33,876 bases of DNA, taken from contig CAYFXT010000003.1 in assembly GCA_964346995.1 (NCBI GenBank), forward strand, positions 1-33,876, given 5' to 3'. Position numbers and translations under genes: made by a program. The DNA comes from an uncultured Spirochaetaceae bacterium (GTDB lineage Bacteria; Spirochaetota; Spirochaetia; SZUA-6; Bin103). This document shows, in pieces, positions 1 through 9,873 of the stretch. The notes under the pieces were generated by a model. The model searched no databases. It had not been told where the DNA came from and saw only the letters and a list, made by a program, of their open reading frames with translations. Every line of letters begins with the position of its first letter. Positions within the stretch are counted from its first letter, which is position 1.

Positions 1-597
<597 letters not shown>

Positions 598-816
598 ATG
601 TTAAGCGTCGCTCCGAAGAGCAACGCCCATTTCGCAATTCAATCCTTGACAACTCTGTTGACAAGGCCGGCAACCGTTTTCCGGACGACGTAGGCCGCCC
701 GGCCACGGATGCCAGTACCCGATCACAACTTTAGGCTCTCCCTTCTCTTGAACGACGCCCAGACACCGCCAGCCGGCGGTAGCTACCGCCGCCGACGGAA
801 ACGTCGGTCGTCGTAC

Positions 817-830
817 GTTGCCAAAGAACA
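817..830 (-). promoter_or_regulatory. boxA-like antitermination element in the 16S leader
   Basis: The minus strand reads TGTTCTTTGGCAAC, about 10/13 matches to the E. coli rrn boxA TGCTCTTTAACAA. It lies between the candidate promoter and the 16S 5' end, where boxA is expected. Confidence 0.3.
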
Positions 831-941
831 GCGTACGGCACCATGAACACGGCTGCCGTCCGCCTGTGACGCACACCCAAGGCCACCTGCGGGCCGGATG
901 AACGCCTGCCGATTCGGGTCTCCCCCCAACCGGCGAGAGTT

Positions 942-991
942 AATGTAAACTACCGGACTGGGTCGGTCAACCGCGCGGACCAACTTTTTTT
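942..991 (-). promoter_or_regulatory. Candidate sigma70-type rRNA promoter with upstream A-tract
   Basis: The minus strand has TTGACC (970->965), a 17-nt spacer and TACATT (947->942). An A7 run (991->985) sits just upstream and could act as an UP element. The site is ~340 nt upstream of the mature 16S 5' end. This is a motif match only. Confidence 0.35.
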
Positions 992-1034
992 CGGCGCAGA
1001 ACCTCATCGCTGCGGATGCCCGGTCGGTACCGCC

Positions 1035-2594
1035 GTGCACCGATTCACCGCGCGCGGCGCGGCCGGTATAGCTTGGCCGCGGCCACACTTACCGGCCCGA
1101 AGCTACCAGCCCGAAGCGAAGATGATGTGGGCGCCGCCACACGCCATCGGCTATGCTCGGCGCGTGGGTACAGCGCCAACCCGCTCACGCGCGCGGCTGT
1201 TACGAGTTGCCGCCGACATCCTCTCCCTGTCGCGCATAGCGATGGGCGCGGCGGCGTTCTTCTCCCTGTCCGGGCTGCCCGGAAGCGCGGGTCGGCCAAC
1301 CCCGCCCAGCGCGGCCGCGGCGCTCGCCCTTGTCCTGGCGGCATCGCTCACCGACTATCTGGACGGTGCGGTGGCGCGCCGCGCGACGCGGATCGCCACC
1401 AGCGCGGAACGCGGAGCCGCACCCGGCACGCCCTGGTTCGGCCCCTGGATCGACGCTTTCGCAGACTTCTTTCTGTTCCTCTGCGTGTATGGTGCCCTGT
1501 TCCGTTCAGCCCTGGCACCGGGGTGGCTGTTCACCCTGTTCCTGGCCCGTGAAGCGACCATGTACCTGATCATCCGGCCCGCGGCCGTGCGGCTGGGATT
1601 GGACCACGGCGCCCGCCTTGCCGGCAAGATCAAGACCGTGCTGCAGTACGTCGGCGTGATCGGATTGCTCGTGCTGCTTTCGCTGCCAGCGCAGTTGGAT
1701 TTGGCGGCGGATCTGGTCGACGCCATCGTGGCAGCGACCCTGACGGTGTTGATCGTGGTCTCCGCGGGTTCGCTCTACTGGTACCTGAACCCGCTCTTCG
1801 CCGCGTGGCCGTCTCGGCAGCGCGGACTGCCGCAGCAGCTCCTGGCGGTGTTGCTCGGCCTCACCCTGTTGCAGTTGGCGTTCTACCAGGCGCTCGCGCC
1901 GCAGCATCTCTCCCGGGACTCGTTCCTCATCGGCATCGTCCTGTTCCATGTCGCGATCGGTGGCTTTCTGTTCTGGCGGCACGAGGAGTTCGCGCCACTG
2001 GAGGGAACCGTTCGCGAGCAGGTAGCGAATCTCGCCTTGCCCAACGTCGTGACGCTGCTACGCCTCAGCTCGATTCCCACCCTCTCGTTGTTGTGGGGTC
2101 ACGGACCGCGTACCGGCACCCTGCCGGTACTGGTAGCGACCACCGCATGCGTGTTTCTCACCGACTTGTTCGACGGCGCGCTAGCGCGCCGTCGCAGTCA
2201 GGTTACCCGGGTCGGCGGCTACCTCGATTCCGGCAGCGACTACTTGGCGCTGCTTGCCCTGGCGGCCCTGCTCGCAGCGCGCGAGATCGTGCCGCTCTGG
2301 CTGGCGGCCCTGCTGATCACGCGGCTGCTGCTCAACGCTATCGCCATGGCAGTGGTCAGGATTCGCCGCCCCCGCCACGTTCCCGGGCCCACAACCTGGG
2401 GGAAGATTTCGGTGGCAACCGCCATGTGGCTCATAACGGTGGAGTTGCTGGTACACGCCGTCACCGCCGGCGCGCCGGGGGCTGCCCTCGCACGCGCTGT
2501 GCTGATCGCGGAGCTGGCTACCGCGGCGGTGCTGGCAGTCTCTTTGCTGGACAAGTGGCGCTACTTCCGGAGCACCATGGGCAACTCGCCTTGA
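1035..2594 (+). CDS. Polytopic membrane protein with two tandem CDP-alcohol phosphatidyltransferase domains
   Basis: One uninterrupted frame carries two copies of the family signature. Copy 1 starts at 1353 and reads DYLDGAVAR, 20 residues, GPWIDAFAD. Copy 2 spans 2163-2240 and reads DLFDGALAR, 8 residues, GGYLDSGSD, which fits D(x)2DG(x)2AR(x)8G(x)3D(x)3D exactly. Each copy has its own hydrophobic helices. The ORF-track start is a GTG at 1035. An ATG at 1122 (MMWAPP) is an equally plausible start. Confidence 0.8.
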   Translation: MHRFTARGAAGIAWPRPHLPARSYQPEAKMMWAPPHAIGYARRVGTAPTRSRARLLRVAADILSLSRIAMGAAAFFSLSGLPGSAGRPTPPSAAAALALVLAASLTDYLDGAVARRATRIATSAERGAAPGTPWFGPWIDAFADFFLFLCVYGALFRSALAPGWLFTLFLAREATMYLIIRPAAVRLGLDHGARLAGKIKTVLQYVGVIGLLVLLSLPAQLDLAADLVDAIVAATLTVLIVVSAGSLYWYLNPLFAAWPSRQRGLPQQLLAVLLGLTLLQLAFYQALAPQHLSRDSFLIGIVLFHVAIGGFLFWRHEEFAPLEGTVREQVANLALPNVVTLLRLSSIPTLSLLWGHGPRTGTLPVLVATTACVFLTDLFDGALARRRSQVTRVGGYLDSGSDYLALLALAALLAAREIVPLWLAALLITRLLLNAIAMAVVRIRRPRHVPGPTTWGKISVATAMWLITVELLVHAVTAGAPGAALARAVLIAELATAAVLAVSLLDKWRYFRSTMGNSP

Positions 2595-2703
2595 ATCTCG
2601 AAAAGCGTGCGCTCGCACGGCCTCGAGGGCGCACGCGCTTACGATACTGCGCATCAGATTCGTCTCCCCTTGCGGCTGTGGTAGACTGCCCCGCAGGTCA
2701 ACA

Positions 2704-3525
2704 ATGGCGAAGAAGATCATTTCCGTTGCTGTAGTAGGATCACATCCCACCAAGGAGATGAATCCCGCAGTTCCCTACTCACCGAAGGAGATCGCCGACG
2801 CGGCGATCGCGTGCCACCGGGTGGGCGCCTCGATTGTCCACGTTCACGTACGCGACCCGGATACCGGCGTGCCCACTTCGCGACTCGAGCTGTTCACCGA
2901 GGTGGTGGATCGCATCCGCCAGTCGTGCGACATACTGATCAACCTGACTACCAGTGGTCTGAACATACCCGGCAAGAACGTCATCGAAGAGCGCCTGGAA
3001 CCGGTGACACTGCAGCCCGACATATGCTCGCTCGACGTCGGCTCGATGAACTTCGGTCAGCGGGTCTTCCTGAACCCGCCCGACTGGGGACGGGCGGCGG
3101 CGCGGCGCATGCTCGATGCCGGCGTCAAGCCGGAGATCGAGGTATTCGACGCCGGCCACGTGCGCCAAGCGCGGGTGTTGATCGATGAGGGGCTGTTCGC
3201 GCCGCCGCCTTTCGTTCAGCTCTGCATGGGTGCCGGCTGGGGGATCGAGGCGACCCCGGAGAACCTGATGTTCATGAAGAGCCTGCTGCCGGAGGGCATA
3301 CCCTGGTCGGTGCTAGGCGTCGGGCGCGCGCAGCTTCCCATGATCACCATGGCGATCATCCTCGGTGGTCACCTGCGGGTCGGGTTCGAGGACAACATCT
3401 ACATGCGCAGAGGCGAGTTGCTGAGCAGCAACGCGGCCATGGTGGAGCATGCCGCGAGCTTGGTCGGCAAGTTGCACCACGAGGTCGCCACACCCGTCGA
3501 AGCGCGCGAGATCCTCGGTATCTGA
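2704..3525 (+). CDS. Beta-keto acid cleavage enzyme family protein (BKACE / DUF849, 3-keto-5-aminohexanoate cleavage enzyme-like)
   Basis: The N-terminus reads KIISVAVVG...[40 protein letters not shown]...INLTTSG...[10 protein letters not shown]. This matches my memory of the DUF849/Kce family pattern. It has an ATG start and strong GC3 bias. Confidence 0.85.
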   Translation: MAKKIISVAVVGSHPTKEMNPAVPYSPKEIADAAIACHRVGASIVHVHVRDPDTGVPTSRLELFTEVVDRIRQSCDILINLTTSGLNIPGKNVIEERLEPVTLQPDICSLDVGSMNFGQRVFLNPPDWGRAAARRMLDAGVKPEIEVFDAGHVRQARVLIDEGLFAPPPFVQLCMGAGWGIEATPENLMFMKSLLPEGIPWSVLGVGRAQLPMITMAIILGGHLRVGFEDNIYMRRGELLSSNAAMVEHAASLVGKLHHEVATPVEAREILGI

Positions 3526-3531
3526 ACTACC

Positions 3532-4419
3532 TTGACATCGGAATCGCGCCCCCCCGGCAGGTCGTCGTGCAAGAGTCTGGAGGCGGTGGTCGACGGCGTC
3601 GTCGAGTGGCACCTGCTGAACATGGCAGGAGAAGTGATCACCATTCGCCTCGCGGACACGATCGGTCCCGGTCTGCGCCACGTGCTCAGGCCACACTGGA
3701 ACTACGACCCGAACCACGGCGACCGCGTGGCTCCGATTCCACACATGATGCACCTGGAGGCGTCGGCGGGACGGGTGCGGTTGGGCAGCCCCATGCAACA
3801 GCGGTTCCGCATTCGGCTGGTCACCACGCGCGCTGCCGGCGGCGAGCTGCGCCGCGCCCACCTGGTCATGAACTGTACGCTGGTCTCACGGCTGCGGCCG
3901 GAACATACGCTCGGCAGGTCCGAAATCTGGATGGCGCTGACGCGCCCATACGCCCCCGCGGGCGCGCACCGCATTACCGAGGTGCCGGCGGGGTTGACTT
4001 TCCTTGCCGAGCAGCCGCTGTCCGAAGCCGACCTTGGTCACCGCCCCGTCGAGTCGTTTCGCTGCCACGCCGGCACGGGCGAGGATCTGTTTCGCGATAC
4101 GCTGCCGCTGGTGTACCACATGGATCGCTCCGACTCGAACCGCCACATCAACATGCACGTGTATCCGCAGCAGGCGCTCGACTACCTCGCACTCAGCTTC
4201 CATCGCGCCGGCGGCGATGCCGGCCGGCTACGCTTCCACACGGCTACTCTCTACTTTCGCCGTCCCTTCCGGCCGGGCGACGTAGCCGAAGTGGAGTGCG
4301 ACCTGGTTACCGGGAACGAACGCTTCCGCAGCGCGCTACGCTTCTACCACGTCAGCGTGCCAGGCGAGCGCAGCGAGCGCATCTCGATGGCGATGGAAGC
4401 GAGCGGGATACTGTGTTGA
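3532..4419 (+). CDS. Hypothetical protein, possibly a hotdog-fold (acyl-ACP/acyl-CoA thioesterase-like) protein
   Basis: GC3 bias is good throughout the frame. The segment DRSDSNRHINMHVY fits the D-x-N-x-H-[VI]-N-x-x-x-Y pattern of 4HBT/acyl-ACP thioesterase hotdog domains. The start is uncertain: TTG at 3532, with in-frame ATG and GTG about 30 codons downstream. The gene is 7 nt downstream of the BKACE gene. Confidence 0.6.
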   Translation: MTSESRPPGRSSCKSLEAVVDGVVEWHLLNMAGEVITIRLADTIGPGLRHVLRPHWNYDPNHGDRVAPIPHMMHLEASAGRVRLGSPMQQRFRIRLVTTRAAGGELRRAHLVMNCTLVSRLRPEHTLGRSEIWMALTRPYAPAGAHRITEVPAGLTFLAEQPLSEADLGHRPVESFRCHAGTGEDLFRDTLPLVYHMDRSDSNRHINMHVYPQQALDYLALSFHRAGGDAGRLRFHTATLYFRRPFRPGDVAEVECDLVTGNERFRSALRFYHVSVPGERSERISMAMEASGILC

Positions 4420-4442
4420 CCTGCATCTACCACAGAGGCCGG

Positions 4443-6188
4443 TCAGGTGTGCTGGTCGATCCGGCGGCGAAACAGCTCGATGCAGGCCGGAAACTGGAGT
4501 CCGTGGGTCTGGGTGCCTGACCGGTCACGCAGGGAGAGGGTACCGGACTCCTGCTCCTTGGCGCCAACCACGATCATGTACGGCACCTTCTGCCCCTGGG
4601 CGGCGCGAATCTTGGCGCCCATACGGTGGTCGCTCAAGTCAGCCTCGACGCGAAAGCCATGCTCTCGCAGCCGCGCGGTGACGCTCTCGGCGTAGCGGTA
4701 GCCACCTGGATTGACCGGAATCACTACTGCCTGGACCGGCGCCAACCACATCGGAAACGCGCCACCGCAGTGTTCGATCAGGACGCCGAGGAAGCGCTCC
4801 AAGGCGCCGTGCAGCGCGCGGTGCACCATCATCGGCCGCCGCTGGGTGCCGTCGCGGTCGGTGAACCACATGTCGAACCGTTCCGGCAGATTGAAGTCGA
4901 ACTGAATGGTCGTCATCTGCCACAGCCGGCCGAGGGGATCGCGCACATGCAGGTCGATCTTGGGTCCGTAGAAGGCGCCGCCCCCCTCGTCCATTTCATA
5001 CGGCAACTGGTGCGCTTCGATGGCGCGGCGCAGCGACGCGGTTGCGCGCTCCCAACTGGCGTCGTCGCCGACCGACTTCTCCGGCCGGGTAGAGAGGTGG
5101 GCAATGAGATCCTTGAAGCCATACATCTGCCACATCGCGAGAGAAAAACGCAGCACCTCGCTGATTTCATCCTCGATCTGCTCCGGAGTACAGAACAGGT
5201 GGGCGTCATCCTGCGTCATGCCCCGTACCCGCAGAGCGCCATGCAGCGTTCCCGAGCGCTCGAACCGGTACACCGAGCCGAGCTCCGCCCAGCGCAACGG
5301 CAGATCGCGGTAGGAACGGATGTCGCTCTTGTAGATCATGATGTGGAACGGACAGTTCATCGGCTTCAGGTAGTATCGGTCGTTGTCCAGTTCCATGGGC
5401 GGAAACATGTTGTCGGCGTAGAAGTCGAGGTGGCCGGAGGTCTTCCATAGCCACTCGCGTCCCACGTGCGGGGTATTGACCAGCTCGTACCCCCCCGCGT
5501 AGTGCTGACGCTTCCAGAAATCTTCGATGATGGAGCGCAACCGCGCTCCCTTCGGGTGCCAGAAGATCAGCCCCGGCCCTACCTGCTCCTGGATGGAGAA
5601 CAGACCCAACTCGCGTCCCACGCGGCGGTGATCGCGCTTTTCGATCTCTGCCAGGCGTTCGAGGTAGGCGGCCAGATCCTCCGCGCGCTCCCACGCCGTG
5701 CCGTAGATGCGTTGCAGCATCGGCCGCCGTTCATCGCCGCGCCAGTAGGCGCCGGCGCTGCCGGTCAGCTTGAACGCGGCGGGGTCGAGTTGTCGCGTGG
5801 ACTCGACGTGCGGACCGCGGCACAGGTCGGTAAACGTGTCCTGGGTGAACAGCGAGATCTCCTCGTCTTCCCCCAGGTCGGCGATCAGCTCCAGCTTGTA
5901 GGGCTGCTCCGCGAACCGGGCCAGTGCGTCCTCTCGGTCGATCACGCTACGCACGAACGGATGGTCGCCCGCTGCGATGCGGCGCATACGGCCTTCGATC
6001 TGCTCCAGATCATCCGGGGTCAGCGAACGGGGCAGATCGAAGTCGTAGTAGAAGCCGTCAGCGACAGGAGGCCCGATCGCCAGCTTCGCGTCCGGAAACA
6101 ACTCCAGCACTGCCTCGGCCATCACGTGCGCGAAGGAGTGTCGGATACGGTACAGGCGGTCGGCGCCGTTGTGGTCCGGCTCGGTCAT
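4443..6188 (-). CDS. thrS: Threonyl-tRNA synthetase (lacks the N-terminal TGS domain)
   Basis: Editing-domain motifs RHSFAHVM and CRGPH are present, together with the GAYWRGD...MLQRIYGTAW junction, class II motif 2 (YRFERSGTLHGALRVRGMTQDDAHLF) and a C-terminal anticodon-binding domain. An AAGGGAGAA Shine-Dalgarno sequence precedes the ATG at 6188. Confidence 0.95.
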   Translation of the reverse strand: MTEPDHNGADRLYRIRHSFAHVMAEAVLELFPDAKLAIGPPVADGFYYDFDLPRSLTPDDLEQIEGRMRRIAAGDHPFVRSVIDREDALARFAEQPYKLELIADLGEDEEISLFTQDTFTDLCRGPHVESTRQLDPAAFKLTGSAGAYWRGDERRPMLQRIYGTAWERAEDLAAYLERLAEIEKRDHRRVGRELGLFSIQEQVGPGLIFWHPKGARLRSIIEDFWKRQHYAGGYELVNTPHVGREWLWKTSGHLDFYADNMFPPMELDNDRYYLKPMNCPFHIMIYKSDIRSYRDLPLRWAELGSVYRFERSGTLHGALRVRGMTQDDAHLFCTPEQIEDEISEVLRFSLAMWQMYGFKDLIAHLSTRPEKSVGDDASWERATASLRRAIEAHQLPYEMDEGGGAFYGPKIDLHVRDPLGRLWQMTTIQFDFNLPERFDMWFTDRDGTQRRPMMVHRALHGALERFLGVLIEHCGGAFPMWLAPVQAVVIPVNPGGYRYAESVTARLREHGFRVEADLSDHRMGAKIRAAQGQKVPYMIVVGAKEQESGTLSLRDRSGTQTHGLQFPACIELFRRRIDQHT

Positions 6189-6211
6189 GCCGTTCTCCCT
6201 TCAGGTGGCGG

Positions 6212-7600
6212 CTAACCGCGCCGCCGCCGCCGAGTCTGACGCCTCCGTTGCGTACGCACCACCGACACGGTGCCGGAGGCAGTGACGGCGGCCTGACCCG
6301 GAGCATCACCGGCCGGTCGTGCGGCGGACGAATCGCTCGGCTGAGCTCCTCCCGCACGGTCCAGATTGGCGGGCGTCACCGCCGCCGGCCGCCGGCGCCG
6401 CATCTGCACCTGACGCCACAGCAACACCGTAGGCGCGGCCACGAACATCGACGAGTAGGTTCCCACCACCACGCCGATCATCAGGCTCAGTGCGAACGTC
6501 TTGATCGAGGAAGTGGAGAAGAGGTAGATCGCCAGGACCGCCAGCAGCGTGGTGAGCGAAGTAATCAGCGTACGGCTCAACGACTGCGTGATGCTGGTGT
6601 TGATCACCAGCTCGAAGTTGGCGTCGCGCATCAGCGTATCGTTCTCCCGGATGCGATCGAAGATCACGATCGTATCGTTCAGCGAGTAGCCGACGATGGT
6701 GAGTATGGCGGCAATGGTGGCGGTGCTGATCTCCAACTGCAGGGTTCCGAGCACGCCCAGCATGATCGCAATGTCGTGGATCAGCGCCAGCAGGGCACCG
6801 ACGGCGAACGCGGCGCGGAATCGGAACAGGATGTAGACGAAGATCAACGCAAAGGCGACCGTGACCAGCCACACCGCCTGCTCGCCCAGGACGCGGGAGA
6901 AGCTCGGTCCGACGAAATCGGTCTGCTGAATGGTTATCCGGTCGGCCCCGAACGTGTCGGCCAGGAGCTCGAATATCCGCTCCTCGGTCGCTCGCTGGTC
7001 GGGTTCACCCTCCGCGCCGTCGATCAGGTCGGTTCGCACGATGTAGCGCTGCGCACCCGGAGCCCCGGTCCCTTGCAGCGAGAACCGTTCCAGCGACGCC
7101 AGCGCCGCACGCACCGCGTCGATCGGCGCCTCGCCGACCGCGTCGGGATCGAGATAGCCCAGCACCAGCGTCTGGCCGGCTTCGCGAAACCCCGGGGCCT
7201 GCAACTGCTCGGCCGGGGTGGTGGGCGGGGCGGCGACTTCGACCGTCAGGCCGGGGATCGTGCGCAACTGGTCGGCGATCGCCCCGATCGTCGCGAACTC
7301 GCCGAAATCAAGCACCCGCCGCCGCGCAGTGCCGTCCTGCATCCACTGCAAGGTCAGGAAACCGGGGCGTCCGAGCAGCGGGTCGGGCGGCGTGAGCTCC
7401 GGTTGCAGCGCTGCGCCGCCGGCGCCGATCGACAGCGCCACCGGCACGATCTGGAACTGCTGAGCCACGCCTCCGCTCAGGTCGACGCTCAGATTGACGC
7501 CGCCGCGCAGCATCGTGCCGACCGCGCCACCGATGATCAGCACGACCGAGAGCACCGCCATCTGCCGGCGCAGATCGGTGAAACGAATGACCCGCCTCAT
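6212..7600 (-). CDS. secF: Protein translocase subunit SecF (enlarged periplasmic loop, Arg-rich C-terminal tail)
   Basis: The N-terminal region reads ...LSVDLSGGV.... The C-terminal transmembrane bundle reads YSLNDTIVIFDRIRENDTLMR...INTSITQSLSRTLITSLTTLLAVL. Its ATG overlaps the secD stop (ATGA at 7597-7600). Confidence 0.9.
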   Translation of the reverse strand: MRRVIRFTDLRRQMAVLSVVLIIGGAVGTMLRGGVNLSVDLSGGVAQQFQIVPVALSIGAGGAALQPELTPPDPLLGRPGFLTLQWMQDGTARRRVLDFGEFATIGAIADQLRTIPGLTVEVAAPPTTPAEQLQAPGFREAGQTLVLGYLDPDAVGEAPIDAVRAALASLERFSLQGTGAPGAQRYIVRTDLIDGAEGEPDQRATEERIFELLADTFGADRITIQQTDFVGPSFSRVLGEQAVWLVTVAFALIFVYILFRFRAAFAVGALLALIHDIAIMLGVLGTLQLEISTATIAAILTIVGYSLNDTIVIFDRIRENDTLMRDANFELVINTSITQSLSRTLITSLTTLLAVLAIYLFSTSSIKTFALSLMIGVVVGTYSSMFVAAPTVLLWRQVQMRRRRPAAVTPANLDRAGGAQPSDSSAARPAGDAPGQAAVTASGTVSVVRTQRRRQTRRRRRG

Positions 7601-9360
7601 CGGTTCGCCCCGGCAGCAGACGGCGCAAGCCGCGCACGGCGCTGCCAGTCGATGCTGAGCCCTGCTACGTGCAGCGTCTCGGTGAAGAAGTCGAATATCA
7701 GCCGCGACACCACCAGAGCGGTAAACATGGAGGACACCACGCCCACCGAGAGCGTCACCGCAAAGCCCTGGATCGGCCCGCTGCCAAGCTGCGACAGCGC
7801 GATGGCGGCGATGAAGGTGGTGATGTTGGCGTCCATGACCGTCCAGAACGCCTTGCCGAACCCGGCGGTCACCGCCGCACCCGCGGACTTGCCGAGCCGG
7901 TACTCCTCCTTGATGCGTTCGAAGATGATGACGTTGGCGTCGACCGCCATGCCCACGGTCAGGATCACGCCGGCGATGCTCGGTAGCGTCAGCGTGAAGT
8001 TGAACACGCTCAATACCGACACCAGGAAGAACAGGTTGAGCACCAGCGCCAGATCGGCGATCAGGCCGGCGCCCTTGTAGTAGACGAGCATGAACAGCAG
8101 CACCGCCGCCATCCCCAGGGCGATCGAGTTCAGCCCGGTTCGAATGGCGTCCTCACCGAGCGAGGCGCCGATCGCCTGCTGGCTGAGGATCTCCAGCGGC
8201 ACCGGCAGGGCGCCGGTCTCCAGCACTAGTGCGAGATCCTCGGCTTCGCTCTGGGTGAAGCCGGCCACCTGCACCTGGCTGCGGATCGGCTCGGAGATGG
8301 TCGCGGCCGCCTTGACCCGGTCGTCCAGCACCACCGCCATCACGTTGCCGACGTTCTCGCTGGTGAGCTTGAAGAAGACCTCACCACCCTCGCCGGTGAG
8401 GTTGAAGATGACGGTCGGTTGCTGGGTAATCGGATCGCGGCTCACCTGCGCCTGCTGAATGTAGGTACCCTCCAATCCGATCTGCTCGTTGATCACCGTG
8501 TAGCCGATCAGTTGATCCACCCCGTAGGCGTCCTTCTCGTAGCGGCCGCGCAGCACCGTACCGGCGGTGAGTATCGACGAATCGCGCGGCTGGCCGTCGG
8601 GACCGAGGAAGCTGCCGGGATTGGCGGCCTGATACTGGCGGAACTTCGCCAGCCCGTCGGTGTCGACGATGTGGAAATTGAGCCGCCCCTTGCCGAGAAT
8701 GAAGCTGCGCATCCGCTCGGGATCCGGGGCGCCCGGCATCTCGACCACGATCTGGCTGTCGCCGCGACGGCGGATCTGCGGCTCGGTAACGCCGAACTGG
8801 TCGATGCGGTTGTTGAGCACTTCCAGGGCGCGGCGCAGCGCCCCCTCCTCCTCCTGGGCGGTGAGTCTGGCGCCGGTCTGTTCGCTGAGGCTCTCCAGAT
8901 CCGGCTCGATCACCACATACATGCCGCCGCTCAGGTCGAGGCCGAGCTGGACGCTGCGTGAGCGCAGATCCTTGAGCTGCAGCAACTGGTCGCGGTGATG
9001 GTCCTCCATGGCGACGAACGTCTCACCCTCGGTCGGGAACGCCTCGACCACCGACTCGAGGTCCCAGGTGCGCGGCACGTCACGCCGTTCCAAGCGCAAC
9101 CGCTCGCGCGCTGCCCGGATGAGGTAATCCAACTCGTCAGGGACCGGATCGCCCGGGTCGCTGCGGGCCAGGTCCACGAGTCGGGTCAGGTCTGCATCGG
9201 CGCGCTGCCGCGCCAGCACGCGGATCTGTTCGCGCGATGCGTTGGCCTCGCGGCGCTGATCCCCCGACAACAGCAGGTACCAGCGCACGGTCGGAGCAAG
9301 GAACCACACCGCTACCGCGACGGAGGCGAGAATCAGGATCAGTCTCAGGCGTTTGGTCAT
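7597..9360 (-). CDS. secD: Protein translocase subunit SecD
   Basis: Recognised segments are LGLDLSGGMYVV, the transmembrane bundle VGMAVDANVIIFERIKEEYRLGKS and GFAVTLSVGVVSSMFTALVVSR. I place the start at the ATG at 9360 (MTKRLRLILILASVAV...), 10 nt after the yajC stop. The ORF-track start at 9471 would overlap yajC. Confidence 0.93.
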   Translation of the reverse strand: MTKRLRLILILASVAVAVWFLAPTVRWYLLLSGDQRREANASREQIRVLARQRADADLTRLVDLARSDPGDPVPDELDYLIRAARERLRLERRDVPRTWDLESVVEAFPTEGETFVAMEDHHRDQLLQLKDLRSRSVQLGLDLSGGMYVVIEPDLESLSEQTGARLTAQEEEGALRRALEVLNNRIDQFGVTEPQIRRRGDSQIVVEMPGAPDPERMRSFILGKGRLNFHIVDTDGLAKFRQYQAANPGSFLGPDGQPRDSSILTAGTVLRGRYEKDAYGVDQLIGYTVINEQIGLEGTYIQQAQVSRDPITQQPTVIFNLTGEGGEVFFKLTSENVGNVMAVVLDDRVKAAATISEPIRSQVQVAGFTQSEAEDLALVLETGALPVPLEILSQQAIGASLGEDAIRTGLNSIALGMAAVLLFMLVYYKGAGLIADLALVLNLFFLVSVLSVFNFTLTLPSIAGVILTVGMAVDANVIIFERIKEEYRLGKSAGAAVTAGFGKAFWTVMDANITTFIAAIALSQLGSGPIQGFAVTLSVGVVSSMFTALVVSRLIFDFFTETLHVAGLSIDWQRRARLAPSAAGANR

Positions 9361-9370
9361 CGGCGACCTT

Positions 9371-9742
9371 TCAGGACTGCTCCTTGTCCTGCCCGGCCGG
9401 TCGCGACTCGCCTTGTCGTTGGTCGAGAATGCTGGTGATGGAGGGCTTGGCAAACTCGATCTTGGTGGCATCGTTCACCTTGACCGTGACCGCGTCCTCC
9501 TTGACCGCGGTCACCACACCGCGAATGCCTCCCGAGGTCTGCACCCGGTCGCCCTTCTTGAGCTGCGCCAGCATCTGCCTGGTCTCCTTCTGGCGGCGGT
9601 TCTGCGGGCGGATGACCAGGAAGTAGAAGATCATGATGATCAGACCGAAGGTAACCAGCATGGTGGCAAGCTGGCCGCCGGCGGCCCCGCCGCCGGGATC
9701 AAACTGCAGAAGGGCGAGCATGTTCATCGCAGTATCGTGCAT
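9371..9742 (-). CDS. yajC: Preprotein translocase subunit YajC
   Basis: It has a single transmembrane helix followed by FYFLVIRPQNRRQKE...LKKGDRVQTSGGIRGVVTAV, the YajC hallmark. An AAGGA sequence lies ~10 nt upstream of the ATG at 9742. Confidence 0.9.
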   Translation of the reverse strand: MHDTAMNMLALLQFDPGGGAAGGQLATMLVTFGLIIMIFYFLVIRPQNRRQKETRQMLAQLKKGDRVQTSGGIRGVVTAVKEDAVTVKVNDATKIEFAKPSITSILDQRQGESRPAGQDKEQS

Positions 9743-9794
9743 GTCGGTATGTCCTTAAGCCAATTCCTTATAATTGCGCGCGGGAGGGCAGCCG

Positions 9795-9824
9795 AACCTA
9801 GCACACACTTGCCGGTACCGTCAA
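9795..9824 (-). promoter_or_regulatory. Weak candidate promoter upstream of yajC-secDF-thrS
   Basis: The minus strand has TTGACG (9824->9819), an 18-nt spacer and TAGGTT (9800->9795). An AT-rich patch (CCTTAAGCCAATTCCTTATAATT, ~9752-9775) lies between this site and the yajC ATG. Motif match only. Confidence 0.2.
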
Positions 9825-9873
9825 ACCGCACCGATCGATTTTACGGTCGCCACGGCCGGCACGCGCTGCATCG

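Noticed and set aside
646-663. Two TTGACA hexamers 6 nt apart on the plus strand, just upstream of the 16S 5' end.
   Set aside because: They point away from the rRNA gene, no -10 element follows, and no plus-strand gene lies nearby. They are more likely part of the leader sequence that pairs with the 16S 3' flank for processing.
5924-8080. A 718-aa plus-strand ORF.
   Set aside because: It is antisense to thrS, secF and secD, which have unambiguous family motifs. The translation is Arg/Gly/Pro/His-rich with no motif. Long antisense ORFs are expected at this GC content.
9361-9471. N-terminal extensions in several ORF-track calls. They are secD to 9471, E2 to 14526, cysS to 23039, the transglutaminase-like gene to 19866, murD from 28217, the macro gene from 24733, NFACT from 25008, the secreted protein to 20384 and the FemAB gene to 31055.
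   Set aside because: The extensions overlap the upstream gene or add non-conserved Arg/Pro-rich residues. Internal ATG/GTG/TTG starts match the family N-termini and usually have a Shine-Dalgarno sequence.
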